Shown: positions 12,260 to 29,912 of the stretch, in pieces
How the letters are laid out: every line of letters starts with the position of its first letter
Position numbering within the stretch: the stretch's first letter is position 1
Assembly (NCBI GenBank): GCA_907165135.1
Contig: OU015567.1
Coordinates: 11,346,001-11,410,000 of the forward strand
From: Oikopleura dioica
Lineage: Eukaryota; Animalia; Chordata
DNA length: 64,000 bases
Direction: 5' to 3'
Notes under the pieces: model-generated
What the model was told of the DNA's origin: nothing
The model's input: the letters and a program-made list of their open reading frames with translations, nothing else
The model's database searches: none
Translations under genes and position numbers: made by a program

Positions 12260-15200
12260 TTATTCGAGTTGAACATTGGCCATTTTAATGTTGAGCGAAT
12301 TGATGTCGGGAACTTTCCAGTCGAGGCGGCTGCCTTCTTCGTACAGTTTGCGAAGGGTTGAGAGGCGGAACTCCTGTGTCTTTCGACCTAAGACAAGATA
12401 TCGCATGTAAATACTCTAAGCAAACCTTGCGAGGTGATTTCCAGGTATTTATTGTATAATTCCAACGCAGTTCTTGCGTCTTCGATAGAGTCATGGACGC
12501 CTTCTTGAATTCGCTTCTTCAAAAAGAACCACGCAAGGAATCGCAGTGACACAAGCCGCTTTCTTGGTAAGTGAAAAAGCGTTACTGAAAGAAAGTGTTG
12601 GTCATGTTCACTAAAAGCTTTTACCTGTGTCGATTATTTGATCCGGGCGAACATAAAGATTCAGCTCGGTAAAGTCATTTTGGAGACCATGGCCTACGAA
12701 TTTGACGCCGACGTGGGCAAGGTAACGCACTTTGCAATATGTCGCCTTCAGAGTCGCCAGATATTTTGAACTGAAAAATAAGTAAGTTTGGGGAGGCTTG
12801 AAACAAAACGCACCTGATAGCAGCGTCAAGATCACCCGGCTGAATTCCAGAAAACTTGGTGAGATAGTCAACGATTTGCTCAGAAGTAGCAATGTAGTCA
12901 TCAATGAAAGGTTGTCCAATTTTCGCGCCTTCTCCGCGAATGACAGTCACTCTAGCTACAGCTGAATGAGAGGGACGCACGATTGCGTTCGTCCCATCTG
13001 ATCTCAATTCGGTTTCTTCTGCGTTCAAAGTAACAAATTCGCAGTCGAGCGCAACCAGTGTTCCTGGAAAGGATAAAGTGGAGTAGTATTTTGATGTTTA
13101 CTACCTTTTTTCGGATGCTCATCGGGATCGAGAGGAGTAAATAGTTGATGCTCCTTCGTCAACTTTGAGATTGACTTGGTCGGCAATAAAACTTAAGGTC
13201 TTCTTGAATGGCTTTCCAAAAAATTTATTCTTACCAGATGAGTCAAGAGGAAAGTTGACCTCATTGGAATGATCTTTCTCAAAGTTCTTCCTAACAAAAT
13301 AAAGCACACAAGGAGTAGAGTACGTCAAATCAAACGTAACAGCTTCAATGGCGGGAACGGGACTGATAAGCAAGTCATTGAAGAGGTACCACTGGTCCTT
13401 GGGCGTCATTCCTTTCATTTCGTGGAAAGACTTGGAAACCTTTACATGCGATATAAGATTTCCGATTGGGTTGCCAGACTCGCGGATAAAGGAAGAAGTT
13501 GCGTAGAGCTCGTACTCTACTGACTTGCCTTCCAAGTCTAGCACGAGATTGTGCGCAATCCAAGAATCCTTCCCCTCAGCTTTAGCGAGCTCTGTCTGCA
13601 CTTTCCAGAACTCCTCATTTGCGGTAGAGTCGAGGTTACAATTCAGCACAAGAATATCAGGTAACGAAAGTGGCCGTCTAGTTTGCTGACCCATTTGATA
13701 ATTTTGAGTTTCTTCGCACCAGCTCTTTGTGTAGATTTCAAGCCAGATGGATTTTTTGACGACTGATTCGAACGAAATCGCCGTCGTTTTCCAGTCCTTT
13801 GAATAATTCTTCGGATTGATCCAGTGATGCCAATCGATGTTGAAGAGAAATGAGCTGGCCTCATGACTCGAACTGTGTCCTGACTTGAATTTGGTTGTAA
13901 CTTCCTGTCTTGTCTCGAAAAATCGCTGAACAAGGCTGGCTTCTTCTGCATCCGAGGAGGGCTTGAAATCTGTTGATGTTGATTCAGATGCTTTTCTGCT
14001 TCTATTTTCCTTTCGATCTTCATCGGAGTCAGCCGGAGCCGCTTTGCTTGTGTCAGTGTGAATTTGCTGCAAAATAAATCGATTCCAGCTTTGGATCAGT
14101 CGTCCAAGATTCCCGTGGCGACGAGCAACATCTGCAGAACCTGCTCCATTCGTAAGAACAAGGCGCAAGGCCGTCGCCTGCGGGGACACGCGGAAGCTGC
14201 GAAGAAAGTTTGATGCGGGTGCTTATCAGGCTTTTAATAAGCAGATAAAATGGAAATCTATTGGAAAAATTGTAAGCCCTTCCTGATCCTCCTTCTTGAT
14301 TGTCAAGGAGATGGAAGAGGAATCCTAGCTCAGCAGATAAATCTGTCTCTTTCATCGAACAATGGCTTTGAAGCGCAGCCCTCAAAGGGTTGATAAAATA
14401 AAGCACCTATGAATATATTTAGTAAATCAAGTATTTTTTAAAGTACCTGAAGCATATTATTGCAGTAGGTGTTCGGGATATGAGGCTCCAAGCCAACAAA
14501 CTTAGTCGTATTGTACTTCTGTATTTCTGACTGCCTATCCTCACTGGGTAAATGTGCAAAAGTCATTTCCACGGGACGGTATTTCTGGGGAGTTACTCCC
14601 TCGCGTGTGACGGTCAGGTGATTTTCGTCACCAAACTCGTTCGGGATAATGTAGGGCAATTGAAATTTCTTCATATTAACGGGCTTAGGAGCGTATCCAA
14701 TCTTCTCGATCACGTTCATCGAATTAATGATTTCCTGATCAATTGGTCTTGGTCTGTAGGATTTTTTGACAGTCAATTCAGCTGGCCAATCGGACAGCAA
14801 TTTCTCCTCCTGTTGCGGAAAGTGTGAAGGAATCATACTGAAGGGGGTACTCTCGTCAGTCATTGAGATCTGGGTGTACGATGTATTGTCGTGTTGAGGC
14901 CTAGAAAAATTGTAAGTGGCAGAAAAAAAACTTGAGTGTACCATTCAGTTTCCTGGTAGATTTGATTGAATTGCGGCTGCTGTCTGCTTGACCAAACGTG
15001 CACCAAACTTGTGCTCGTTCCGAACGCAACGGCTTGAGTTGAGCTGGACAAAGCAACAGATGTGAAAGTGCCGCCGGCTCCGTCCATTTTGTAATACTGG
15101 GCAGTGGGTGGAATAATGTCCGACGGTTCTACAATAACCAGATCGCCGCTGGATGAGCAAATGAGCAATTTGGTTGTGAAGGAAGGAATGAAACGAAGAA

Positions 15201-16159
15201 AACGAGGATCAAACTTTGGCTGGAGTGGCGCGGCCGGCTTCATCATTCGCAAGTCGTACACTTGTACTAAAACTGCGCTAGAATTCACTTCCAAGATTCT
15301 ACGAACCGAATCTTGTTTGAACTTGGTGCATGCCACCGGGTCGATTGGCAGAAGTGGTTTCGGATGTGCCACAAGTGACGAGAAGATTGCTACAGACATC
15401 AAAGTCCGTGATCGCGTCAAAAGGACAAGAAAGAGTATGCTGGGTCGCAAGAGAAACTGGATCTCGGCAGTGAATACTACCCTTGTGATCAGCCGTGTAG
15501 AGATATCGCGTGTTTGATTGAGAAGTTCGGAACTTTGTACAGGTTCGAAAAGTAACTGGTCTTACACAGACTTATAAGACTCACTTTTCCTAACCTCTCC
15601 CAATGAAACTCCACCAGATTTAGAATCAATCGTCCGAAGCGTCCGTCCTTTCTTTGTAATATCTAATTCGAAAATCTTGTCGCACTTTCCGCCGACAAGA
15701 ACGGTTGTTCCTGGATGCTGGCCATAGTGGAATGCAGAGCCGTTTGCAAGCTCTGCTGGACTGACCGTCCATTTGGCGATTCCGCCTCGTTGGGAAAAGG
15801 TAACGCTATTTGGCGCGAGAGTTAAAACTCCTTCACCAACGGAAAGGATATCACTTACGCGCTGATTCACTCCATGGACCTAGAGAGTCTTATTGATTGT
15901 TAAATACGAAATTGAGGGAGACCTGGAAACTTGTGTATTTGGTGAAAGCGGAGGAAAAGAAACTCGTTGCGTGGCCTGTGTCAAGACCAGTCCAGAGAAG
16001 TTCTTCTCGATTGTCAAAATGAAGGGCAGAGACCCCATTCGCGTGGCCTCCATCAATAACCAACGTTTGCAATTCGGCATACTCCCCCTCGGCTGTGTTA
16101 CTATTGTAAGGCTCCGAAGAGAAATTTTGATAATCGGTGAAGCCTTGCGTTGCGTACAT
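12260..16159 (-). CDS. PAN2: PAN2 poly(A) nuclease catalytic subunit (WD40, UCH-like, DEDD exonuclease)
   Basis: [82 protein letters not shown]-term LDWKVP. Confidence 0.95.
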
Positions 16160-16204
16160 TTTGAGCCTCGTCAATCTCGATACATCTAAAGAATCCTATT
16201 TTAA

Positions 16205-16639
16205 CTTCTCAATACACGGGCGCGCAACTAAGCGCTCAAAACACGGGGTCGGGTGAGGGGACCACAATGCATTATTCAGCCCCGCGCGGCGCGCAAAATT
16301 CGGATTGTCAGAAAGAGCGCTCAAAACTTTTAGCTTTAACTTTCGTTTGCGGCGGGTAAAAAGATAACAATTCATATCGCTGGAAAGCTTGAACACTCAC
16401 CTATCAGGATAAACAATTACTTTTGAAAAACACTTTCTGGATTTGCAGCTGTAGAATGAAAGATGAATCCGATGCAAAACGCCACCACTTTTGAGAAAAC
16501 ATCCAAAATTTCAGAAAGTGGTTCGTTTTAGTCATCTTAGCTCACATTACAAAAATCAGGTCAAACGGATTATCACAAGAGAAATAACGGCGGCTCAAAC
16601 TCGCCGTGGTCGGTTGAACCGACCACGTGTATTGAGAAG
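16205..16639. mobile_element. 435-bp piggyBac-type MITE (family A, copy 1)
   Basis: TIR CTTCTCAATACACG/CGTGTATTGAGAAG; TTAA on both sides (16201-16204, 16640-16643); near-identical copy at 27152-27586. Confidence 0.9.
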
Positions 16640-17132
16640 TTAACCGCCTCTACCGCATCCAGGGGCATTATGCGGCAAACGTTTTCCGTAAATAATAATA
16701 AATTTTTGATAAGAATGAATACTGTATTTATTGTCATGTCTAAAAGTCTTAAGAAAGGCGTCACCAAACATTAAGTTTGAATCAAAATATAAAAAGAATT
16801 ATATAAATGAAGAAATGGTGGCGAGTTGCTAAACAACTCTAAGTAACTGTAGCTTTACTTTTGTGGATGAAATCAAGTCGAATGATTTTCATTTTTTGAA
16901 ATTGAAACAGAAAGATTTAGCAGAAAACAGGCAACATTTGAGCGACATGAACGAAGTATGGAACCACTGAAGATTACAAATTTGATTTATCATTAATTTT
17001 GGAATAATTCCACGATACACAGAAGTTATTTCTTTTCAAGGTAAATTTCGGGATTTGCGAAGATCTAAAACTAGACTTTTCATAAATTGCAGCCTTCTCA
17101 TAAATGATTTTTCACCAGATGAAGATTTTTGA

Positions 17133-17792
17133 TCATTTCTTGACGGAATTCAAGGCTCGGGCTTGAAGTTTGTTGATCCAAGTGTTTCTAGCGTCGGAAA
17201 GGCTTTTCTCCAACTCCTCGATCGTGTGTTCCAGATCTTGATTTTTACATTGAATCTCAACCAACCGAACCTACAAAAGAATCGACAATGAAATCAACGA
17301 AGAAAAAGGATGATTTACTTTTGTCTGAGCGAGTTCCAGCTCGACAGCGCCATCTGAGACTGCATGATTTTCTGAAAAGGACGAGCGAGAGGAGCCTCCT
17401 TCTCCATTTTGCTTCTTATTCCTTTCGTTCAGCGCTGTCAAATCGGCTATCAACGCGTTTTTACGAAGAATATCGTTGCGGAGCTCGGAAGCGTCAGTAT
17501 CCCTTCTCAATACTTCCCTAAAAACACATCGTTAGACAAAGAGAAGAGAGCGCGTCTGACTTTCTCCAGAGCTCCTTGAGTTCTTCATTTTCTTCCTTGA
17601 AGTTTTCGACTTGCTGTGAAAAGTTATCACGCTCGCGTCGTATTTCTTGAAGCTGAAGTCTCAAAGCATCTAATTCACGTCCCATCTGAAAGGCAAAAAT
17701 CAAGAAGAATCACGCTTTGCAGTTCTTACTCTTTTCGATTCTTCCATTTGCTTGTCCATCTGTTTCTGGGCAGCGTTTTCCTTTTCGATCAT
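17133..17792 (-). CDS. Coiled-coil protein matching only the C-terminus of RABGAP1/RABGAP1L (no TBC domain seen)
   Basis: ELELAQTKVRLVEIQCKNQDLEH...RNTWINKL resembles the RABGAP1 C-terminal signature. Confidence 0.65.
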
Positions 17793-17851
17793 ATTTTGAA
17801 CGAGCTAGAAGTACGAAAATTTAAGAAAAAAAGGGTTTAAAATATATTAAT

Positions 17852-20709
17852 TTACCAGATCGCTTTCAAAATCGAGCCGGAGTACTTTCGAATGAAGCCG
17901 CTGTCTGGGCATTTGAAAAATGGCCTGAAATGCATTAAATCGAACTGTCAATTGGAAAGGTCCTACCTTCCCTGATTAGGGCCATCTTTTCTTACTGTCA
18001 GTGAAAGGGCGTTTTTTCCACATTCGCATTGAACATTGCCCGCAGCAGCTGCTGAAGAGCTTGGGCCGGGATTATTTCGAGGATTATTCGTCTTTTTTGG
18101 CGGATTTCTCGAACCATCTGCTCCACCACTGCCTGGCTGGACTTCATCAGCCCACTGGAAGTAGTTACATACTTTTGGGAAATCGCTGCAGACATAGAAG
18201 TCGCGATCTTTATTCGGACCATCTTTTCGCGTCGTTAGTTTTTTTGCTGGCTTGTTGCAGCCGCAATTTACGGCTGCTCCTCCAGAACCGCCTGGACCAG
18301 AGTCATGGTCGGATTTTCGTTTTTTTCCTCGCTGATTTCCTCCCCCACGTCCGGGACCAGGGCCTGGTGGTGGTCCTCCTCCACGTCGATTGTTCCTTGC
18401 TGCGTCCCCTTCTCTAATTGAAATTCGTATCACTTCTTTGAGCGTCTCATCGCATCCCAAGCATCCTTCGTACTCTCCTGTCATGTGGCTAGGCACGCTT
18501 CCAGGCTCGAAGCTCCATCTGACAACATAAAATCCAGCGCTGCAGTTGCATGCTCTCAAACGAGCTATCATCCTTCCACCGTTTGGTAAGAATCCGCTTG
18601 TTCTGCATTCTGGATAGCCAGTGCATGAAACACAAACGCTGCCATTTGGAATAGTTTTTACGACCATTGGTGACTGACATCTAAATCAAAGAATGAAGAT
18701 ATTTTTGACAATGTTTATCTTACCGAGGACAACGGGCGACAGCATCATCAGCTGGATTTCTCGGCAGTTCAAAAGGTCGATCATTTTGACGAGCAACGCC
18801 CATGCTCTGCGCTATGACAGCACCGAATCGATTCAAATTCTCTTCTGCCTTTTTATACGCCTCTCGATATGCGTTTACTTGCGCTCGAACTACTGCATCT
18901 CGCTGCTTTTCGCCATTTTCAATTTTCACCAGGTCCCTTTCCAGTCCCGATCGAAGGAGGTGATTCGCAAGTGGAATCGACAAATCTTCATAAGCACTGA
19001 CTAGCCCAATTCCAAGGGAGACGGTTCGAATCGTTTTTCGCGAGTGAGTTTTAAGTATCCTCTTTGTTGAATTGTAGAAATGTGATCAGCGTGCGTAGCA
19101 TCCGTTCCAATGCCATACTTGTCCATCAAACCAATCAAATCAGGTTCAGAAAGCAACAGTGGAGCAGTAGTCGTGCTCTCGATGAATTCCGCATTTGTGA
19201 TGGTAAATTCCTCGTTGAATTGATACTGAGGAAGAGTCTTGTCTGACCATTTGTCGTAAGGATAAACTTCTAAGTAGCCTCTGTCGGAAATGAGCAACCC
19301 TTTTGCGGAGAACTCCTCTTCGGCAATTTCCAACTTGCACGTGGTCTCGAAGCCTTGTGCATCGCGAGAGAGACACGCGAGAAATCGACGGGCGATGAAT
19401 TCGTATACTTTCGCTTCCGCACCAACTAATCCTTATTCAAGCCTTCAGAAAATGGTCAGGAGGAAATGATTTTCAAGTTCTGAAGGCCCTTTCCTGATCC
19501 TTCTTTGAGCGGATGAATCGGTGGATGCGCTTCGTCAGTTTTCCTCCCATTTCTCGGGTCGATCCCGTTTTGAAGAATCTCCGTCGCGAAGGCTCCAAAT
19601 CTCGGGTCTCGCTGTTGCGCCTCCACCATCGGCTTCAAGTCCAGCGACTTAGGAAAAATATTCGTTTCAGTACGCGGGTACGAAATGAAACCAGTAGTGT
19701 AAAGTTTCTCGGCGATTTTCATGATATCTTTCGCTGTTAATCCTAGCATTCGCGCTTTTTTCTCGAGCTCGACTGTTTCTAGTGGAAAGGGACGCCATTT
19801 GGACTTCGGCTTTGATTCTAAATGCGTGACTTTGGCTCTTCCGCTTTCCTCGATTTCTTCGAAAATCGCCGCCGCAGCTCGCTCTGAGAAGAGCCGAACA
19901 CAAGACCAGGTGAAAATCGTGTTCATTCCACCTCTGTTGTGATGCACTTCGATTTTCCAAAACTTCTCTGGCTGAAACTCCGCGATTGCTCTCCATCTTT
20001 CGACGACAAAGCCCAATGTTGGAAATTGACAACTCCCGAAGCTGACCAATCTATCTACGAGTGTTGGAAAGCGGTTCTGTAGGAATAACGATTGTAGTCG
20101 GGTGAAAGAAGCGCCGATCCTCAGATCCAGCTCTTGTCTAGCATCGACTGCTTCTGCAATGAGCACATTGAGCGGGACAAGATTCGCCATCGCTCGTCGA
20201 ACGGCCGTTTGAGTGATTTCAGAAAACCTCGCTCGAAGGACACGGAGATTTCTGTTCGCTCGAAGACAAACGTCTCGAACCTCTGCACCGATGTTCTCTC
20301 CTTCTCTATCGCAATCGGTCCAGATGATGAGGACCGAGTGTGTTCGACTCTGCTGCTCCAGATTTTGCTTTACTTTCACCATGTCTTTTGTGACATTCTT
20401 TACGAGTGGCGCATCGAAGAGAGCGTCTGGCGGGGTCGAGCTCCAGCTCTTGTACTGGATCGGAAACTCGTAGTTTTGCATGTGCCCGCTTACCGAAGTC
20501 ATCACAAAATCAGCCTGGTGTCCCTGGAACAAGACAAGTCACAATCAACGGTCAGATTCGGATTCGAAAGTTACCTCAAACATCGAGTAAAACTTATAGA
20601 GTCGGTTGTATTTGCTCGGCCCTGCTTCATTCCTCGCTGAGCCATTGCTCAATTGAGCTGCAATATTTTTTGCAGCGTCGTTCTTTTCTGCTACACAGAG
20701 AATTCTCAT
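17852..20709 (-). CDS. TOP3A: DNA topoisomerase III alpha with C-terminal GRF zinc fingers
   Basis: MRILCVAEKNDAAK, MTSVSGH, WTDCDREGENIG, SFGSCQFPTLGFVVER, catalytic GFISYPRTET, GIGTDATHADHI, GRF fingers (RKDGPNKDRDFYVC...CNYFQWAD). Confidence 0.96.
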
Positions 20710-21049
20710 TTTATCATTCTAGCGAAAGATTCCTCAATTAGCAGTAGAGAAAAAATTGAGAAGAGCCCAATTCCCAAACGGTATTTACTTTTTCATCCTT
20801 GATTTCCATTACTCATATGATACCATAAAGATGCATGAGGTTGCAAGAAAAAATTGAACCATGATTGTGTTGGGTGAGATTTATTTTTTGAACTTTTACG
20901 ATAAATGTATCAGTAAGGAACGTGAAGTGAGGGGCAGTTAACATGTTCTATTGTCAGGATCGTTTAGGTGTTGAACTTGTTGAAAGGGAGGGGAGTTGGG
21001 TTAGATTTTGAGGGGTCTGGGTTAACTGGAAGTGACAAGATAGGAAGCG

Positions 21050-26530
<5,481 letters not shown>

Positions 26531-26684
26531 CTCTGAAATGATGAACGAATAAAATGGATTCACTCAAGTGAACTGCTGTTTCCGAAAAACAAAGAGGTGG
26601 AAGACCAAGACGCCTACGCACACGTGACCTACACCTGGGGCGCGCGAGAGACCCACCACATGCGTAGGCGCCACGCATAATTAA

Positions 26685-27147
26685 CCCGATAACGAGAGCG
26701 GGAGCACTAAGTGCTCCCAGAGCTAGTTGTTGCATTGTGATTTTCTTCAATTTTGAAGATAATCCAAAAATTCAAAAAAACTTAGATTCTAGCACCTATT
26801 CCTCACTTAGTTTGATTTTAAGAAATCTTCATACTCTTACTCATACTCTATTTAATCCTTATTTTTTTACAAAAAAGGAGGAAATTTTTGGAAATTCGTC
26901 TCGAGAACTCGATGTTACATAACATTCATCAAGAGAGCGCGCGTTCTTTTCGCGTTTTTCCTCACAAAAAAGAGTTCTCAGGAGTTCTAGACCGAGCATT
27001 TTTCAAAAATCCGACGAAAGCGCCGTCTTACAGACCAAGAAAACAAGCAGTTTTGCCCTCTTTTTGCTTAAAATTGTTCTAGATGGCCCGGGTGCACTAA
27101 CTGCTCCCGCTCTCGTTATCGTATAATTTCAAACTCGCGTTATCGGG
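26685..27147. mobile_element. 463-bp piggyBac-type MITE (family B)
   Basis: TTAA-CCCGATAACG...CGTTATCGGG-TTAA, with an internal inverted copy of the left end (TGCTCCCGCTCTCGTTATCG at about 27102-27121). Confidence 0.85.
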
Positions 27148-27151
27148 TTAA

Positions 27152-27586
27152 CTTCTCAATACACGGGCGCGCAACTAAGCGCTCAAAACACGGGGTCGGG
27201 TGAGGGGACCACAATGCATTATTCAGCCCCGCGCGGCGCGTAAAATTCGGATTGTCAGAAAGAGCGCTCAAAACTTTTAGCTTTAACTTTCGTTTGCGGC
27301 GGGTAAAAAGGTAACAATTCATATCGCTGGAAAGCTTGAACACTCACCTATCAGGATAAACAATTACTTTTGAAAAACACTTTCTGGATTTGCAGCTGTA
27401 GAATGAAAGATGAATCCGATGCAAAACGCCACCACTTTTGAGAAAACATCCAAAATTTCAGAAAGTGGTTCGTTTTAGTCATCTTAGCTCACATTACAAA
27501 AATCAGGTCAAACGGATTATCACAAGAGAAATAACGGCGGCTCAAACCCGCCGTGGTCGGTTGAACCGACCACGTGTATTGAGAAG
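27152..27586. mobile_element. 435-bp piggyBac-type MITE (family A, copy 2), sharing a TTAA with MITE B
   Basis: Near-identical to 16205-16639; TTAA at 27148-27151 and 27587-27590. Confidence 0.9.
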
Positions 27587-27653
27587 TTAAAATTATTTTG
27601 AAGATAGTAAGGAATTTACAGAATGAGTAGTGGTTAAAGATATCAGTTGGCAG

Positions 27654-29850
27654 TTAAATATAAATTTCAGAGTCTTGATTCTTCGGCTGGAGCCACTCGA
27701 ACTTGCTCTTTGCGGATTGGGCTTGTGAGCCAGCTAGGTAAGCGTGGCAAATGTCTTTTTCGCATTGAATCGTTATCTCTGTGATTCCAGCTTCCTGAAA
27801 CTTAATAAGAACAGAACAAATTCGCCGAGTGCACCTTGAAATATTGTCCAGCAACACAAATGACTGTATTCTCGACAGCAGCTTCGCCTATGTGCAGAAC
27901 GATACTGCAGCAAAAGACATTCGGAGAAAGCGTCCAGCAACGATGGTCGCGGTAAGACTCCACTTCTTTCATTTGCATTATTTTGTGGAGCGCTTCTTTG
28001 AACGCCCGCTCGATGCTGCTTGGGCATCTGAGAAGTAAGATTTCCGATGAGTTCTTTAGAATCGGCAGCGATTCGTATCCAACGAAAGAAGCTAAAAATT
28101 TCTATATCGAACTCCCGCAACTTATTTCACTACCTATGGCGAGAGCGACGAGTGAATCAAAGATTGTCCACGAATTAAGAAAAACGGATAAAACGATCGC
28201 GATGAAACCGATGTTAGCCCGAAGCATTTCTTTCCAAAGCGAAGGATTTTCATACTCGTCCATTTTTCTTAAAAACTCCTCTCCGAATAATCCGTATCCT
28301 CCGAGATTGACGCAAATACTGATGGTTGTAATTAGTAAAGCGAACTCAGTTGAAACATCGGTGGAGAAAGTCATTCTAACGATCGACTCTTTTGTAATGA
28401 GAAAACAACTCATCACGATCAAAACAGATAAAAGATAATCGACCTAAAAGAATATTCAAGATTTTGTCTGGAAATTGTTACAAACCAGACTTTCCACAGA
28501 AGCAAGACCAAAGTTGAACATTTTTGACGGCTTTGAATTGCTAACAAGGCCTTTGACGAGAGACAAAATGATCTTGTTCGAATTGAAAATGGTCAAAAGA
28601 GCAGCCCCAAAGAGCGCCAAAGAGTTGTTGTAGCCAGCAACAGCGCAAGTCAAAGCGGAAATTGAAATGCTTAGAAAAGTGAAGAAAGTCTTTGTTCTTA
28701 GAACAGGGTCTGCTGAGCTTTTCGCAGCAAGGTCAAGGATGCATTTAGATATACTAAACCCACTGGTGCTCGTTGTAAGAGGAGGAGAACTTGAACTTCC
28801 GCGCCAGTACCAATCGGCCATTAGAAAAAACAGTGAAAGAACGATGATATTCCCTTCCAATTCATGGCTTTTTCTTCCGATAATTTCTTCGCGCATAAGT
28901 CCTGATACTTTCGAAGTAACTGGGTGATCCCAAAGATAGCCAAACAGAAATGCGGCAAAGAGTTCGTATCGGTACCAGAGAACAGAAGTCTTCGGGTGAC
29001 AATACAACTTTAGCTTTCGAAACTCGGCGAGCCACGGGAGAGTTTTCGTGAAAATTCCAAAAGTGATCATCGGGAAAATAATTGAAATCATCGAAATTGG
29101 CTCGTCGAGAACATGATGCGTGTGCACTCCGTAACCAAACAATCGCAAAAACGCGTACAAAACCAGAATCATCGCAAAAGAAAGTGTTTCGACGAGCACT
29201 TCCGAATCCGCTCTTTGGACCGTCTTGTCGATTTTGAGATGAGCTTTTTTCGAAAGCAAGTCCAGCAAATTATCAACAATGGAAAGAAAACACCCAGTCA
29301 TTGCGTTTCCACTACCGACGCAAGAGATCAGCCCAAGGATGTAGAAGATTCCAGAGCAACGGAGCGAAGGGTTCTTGCAGAAACTTGCGAGAATCCGAAT
29401 TCCATCATTGAAACCGAAAAGGACGATGCTTCGGAGCGAACCGGAGTAACGTCGTGCGTAGATCCAACACAACGATTGACAGGAATTTAATGCAGCAATT
29501 GATAGGAATATTTTGCGGTTTTTAAACAAGTCTGCATATTTAGGTCTTTGAATTGCTAAAGAAGGATCTTTACTATTAGTTAGATGCGTACTAATACGAA
29601 AAAAGGGCTAAAATTTAAATCAAACTAATAGTAAGGTCCCTTGTCCTAAACAAGCTAGTACATGAACGGCGGAAATAAGCAGAATCAGCAATATCGGATG
29701 CAAGTAATGAAGATAATCATGAATCTCATAAACTCCGAAAACAAATACCAGCTTCACGAGAAACGTAAGTTTGAATCCTTCATTGAGATCTGCATTTTTA
29801 TCCGAAAAACTGTGCTGCCCGTTCAATATAATGTTTTGCGGAGATTCCAT
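27654..29850 (-). CDS. ZnT5/SLC30A5-like cation diffusion facilitator, divergent
   Basis: Multi-TM N-terminal extension with YLWDHPVT...HELEGNIIVLSLFF; CDF core GYNNSLAL...PSKMFNFGLASVESL; C-terminal AGITEITIQCEKD. Confidence 0.7.
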
Positions 29851-29912
29851 CTCATTCTGAAATAAGCGAATACGAGCCGGATCAATATATACAATTGTTT
29901 TTAATAAATAAG

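Noticed and set aside
16196-16396. Duplicated 66-67 aa ORF (also 27140-27343) and mirrored ORFs at 45502-46313
   Set aside because: Chance ORFs inside non-autonomous MITEs, with no transposase motifs.
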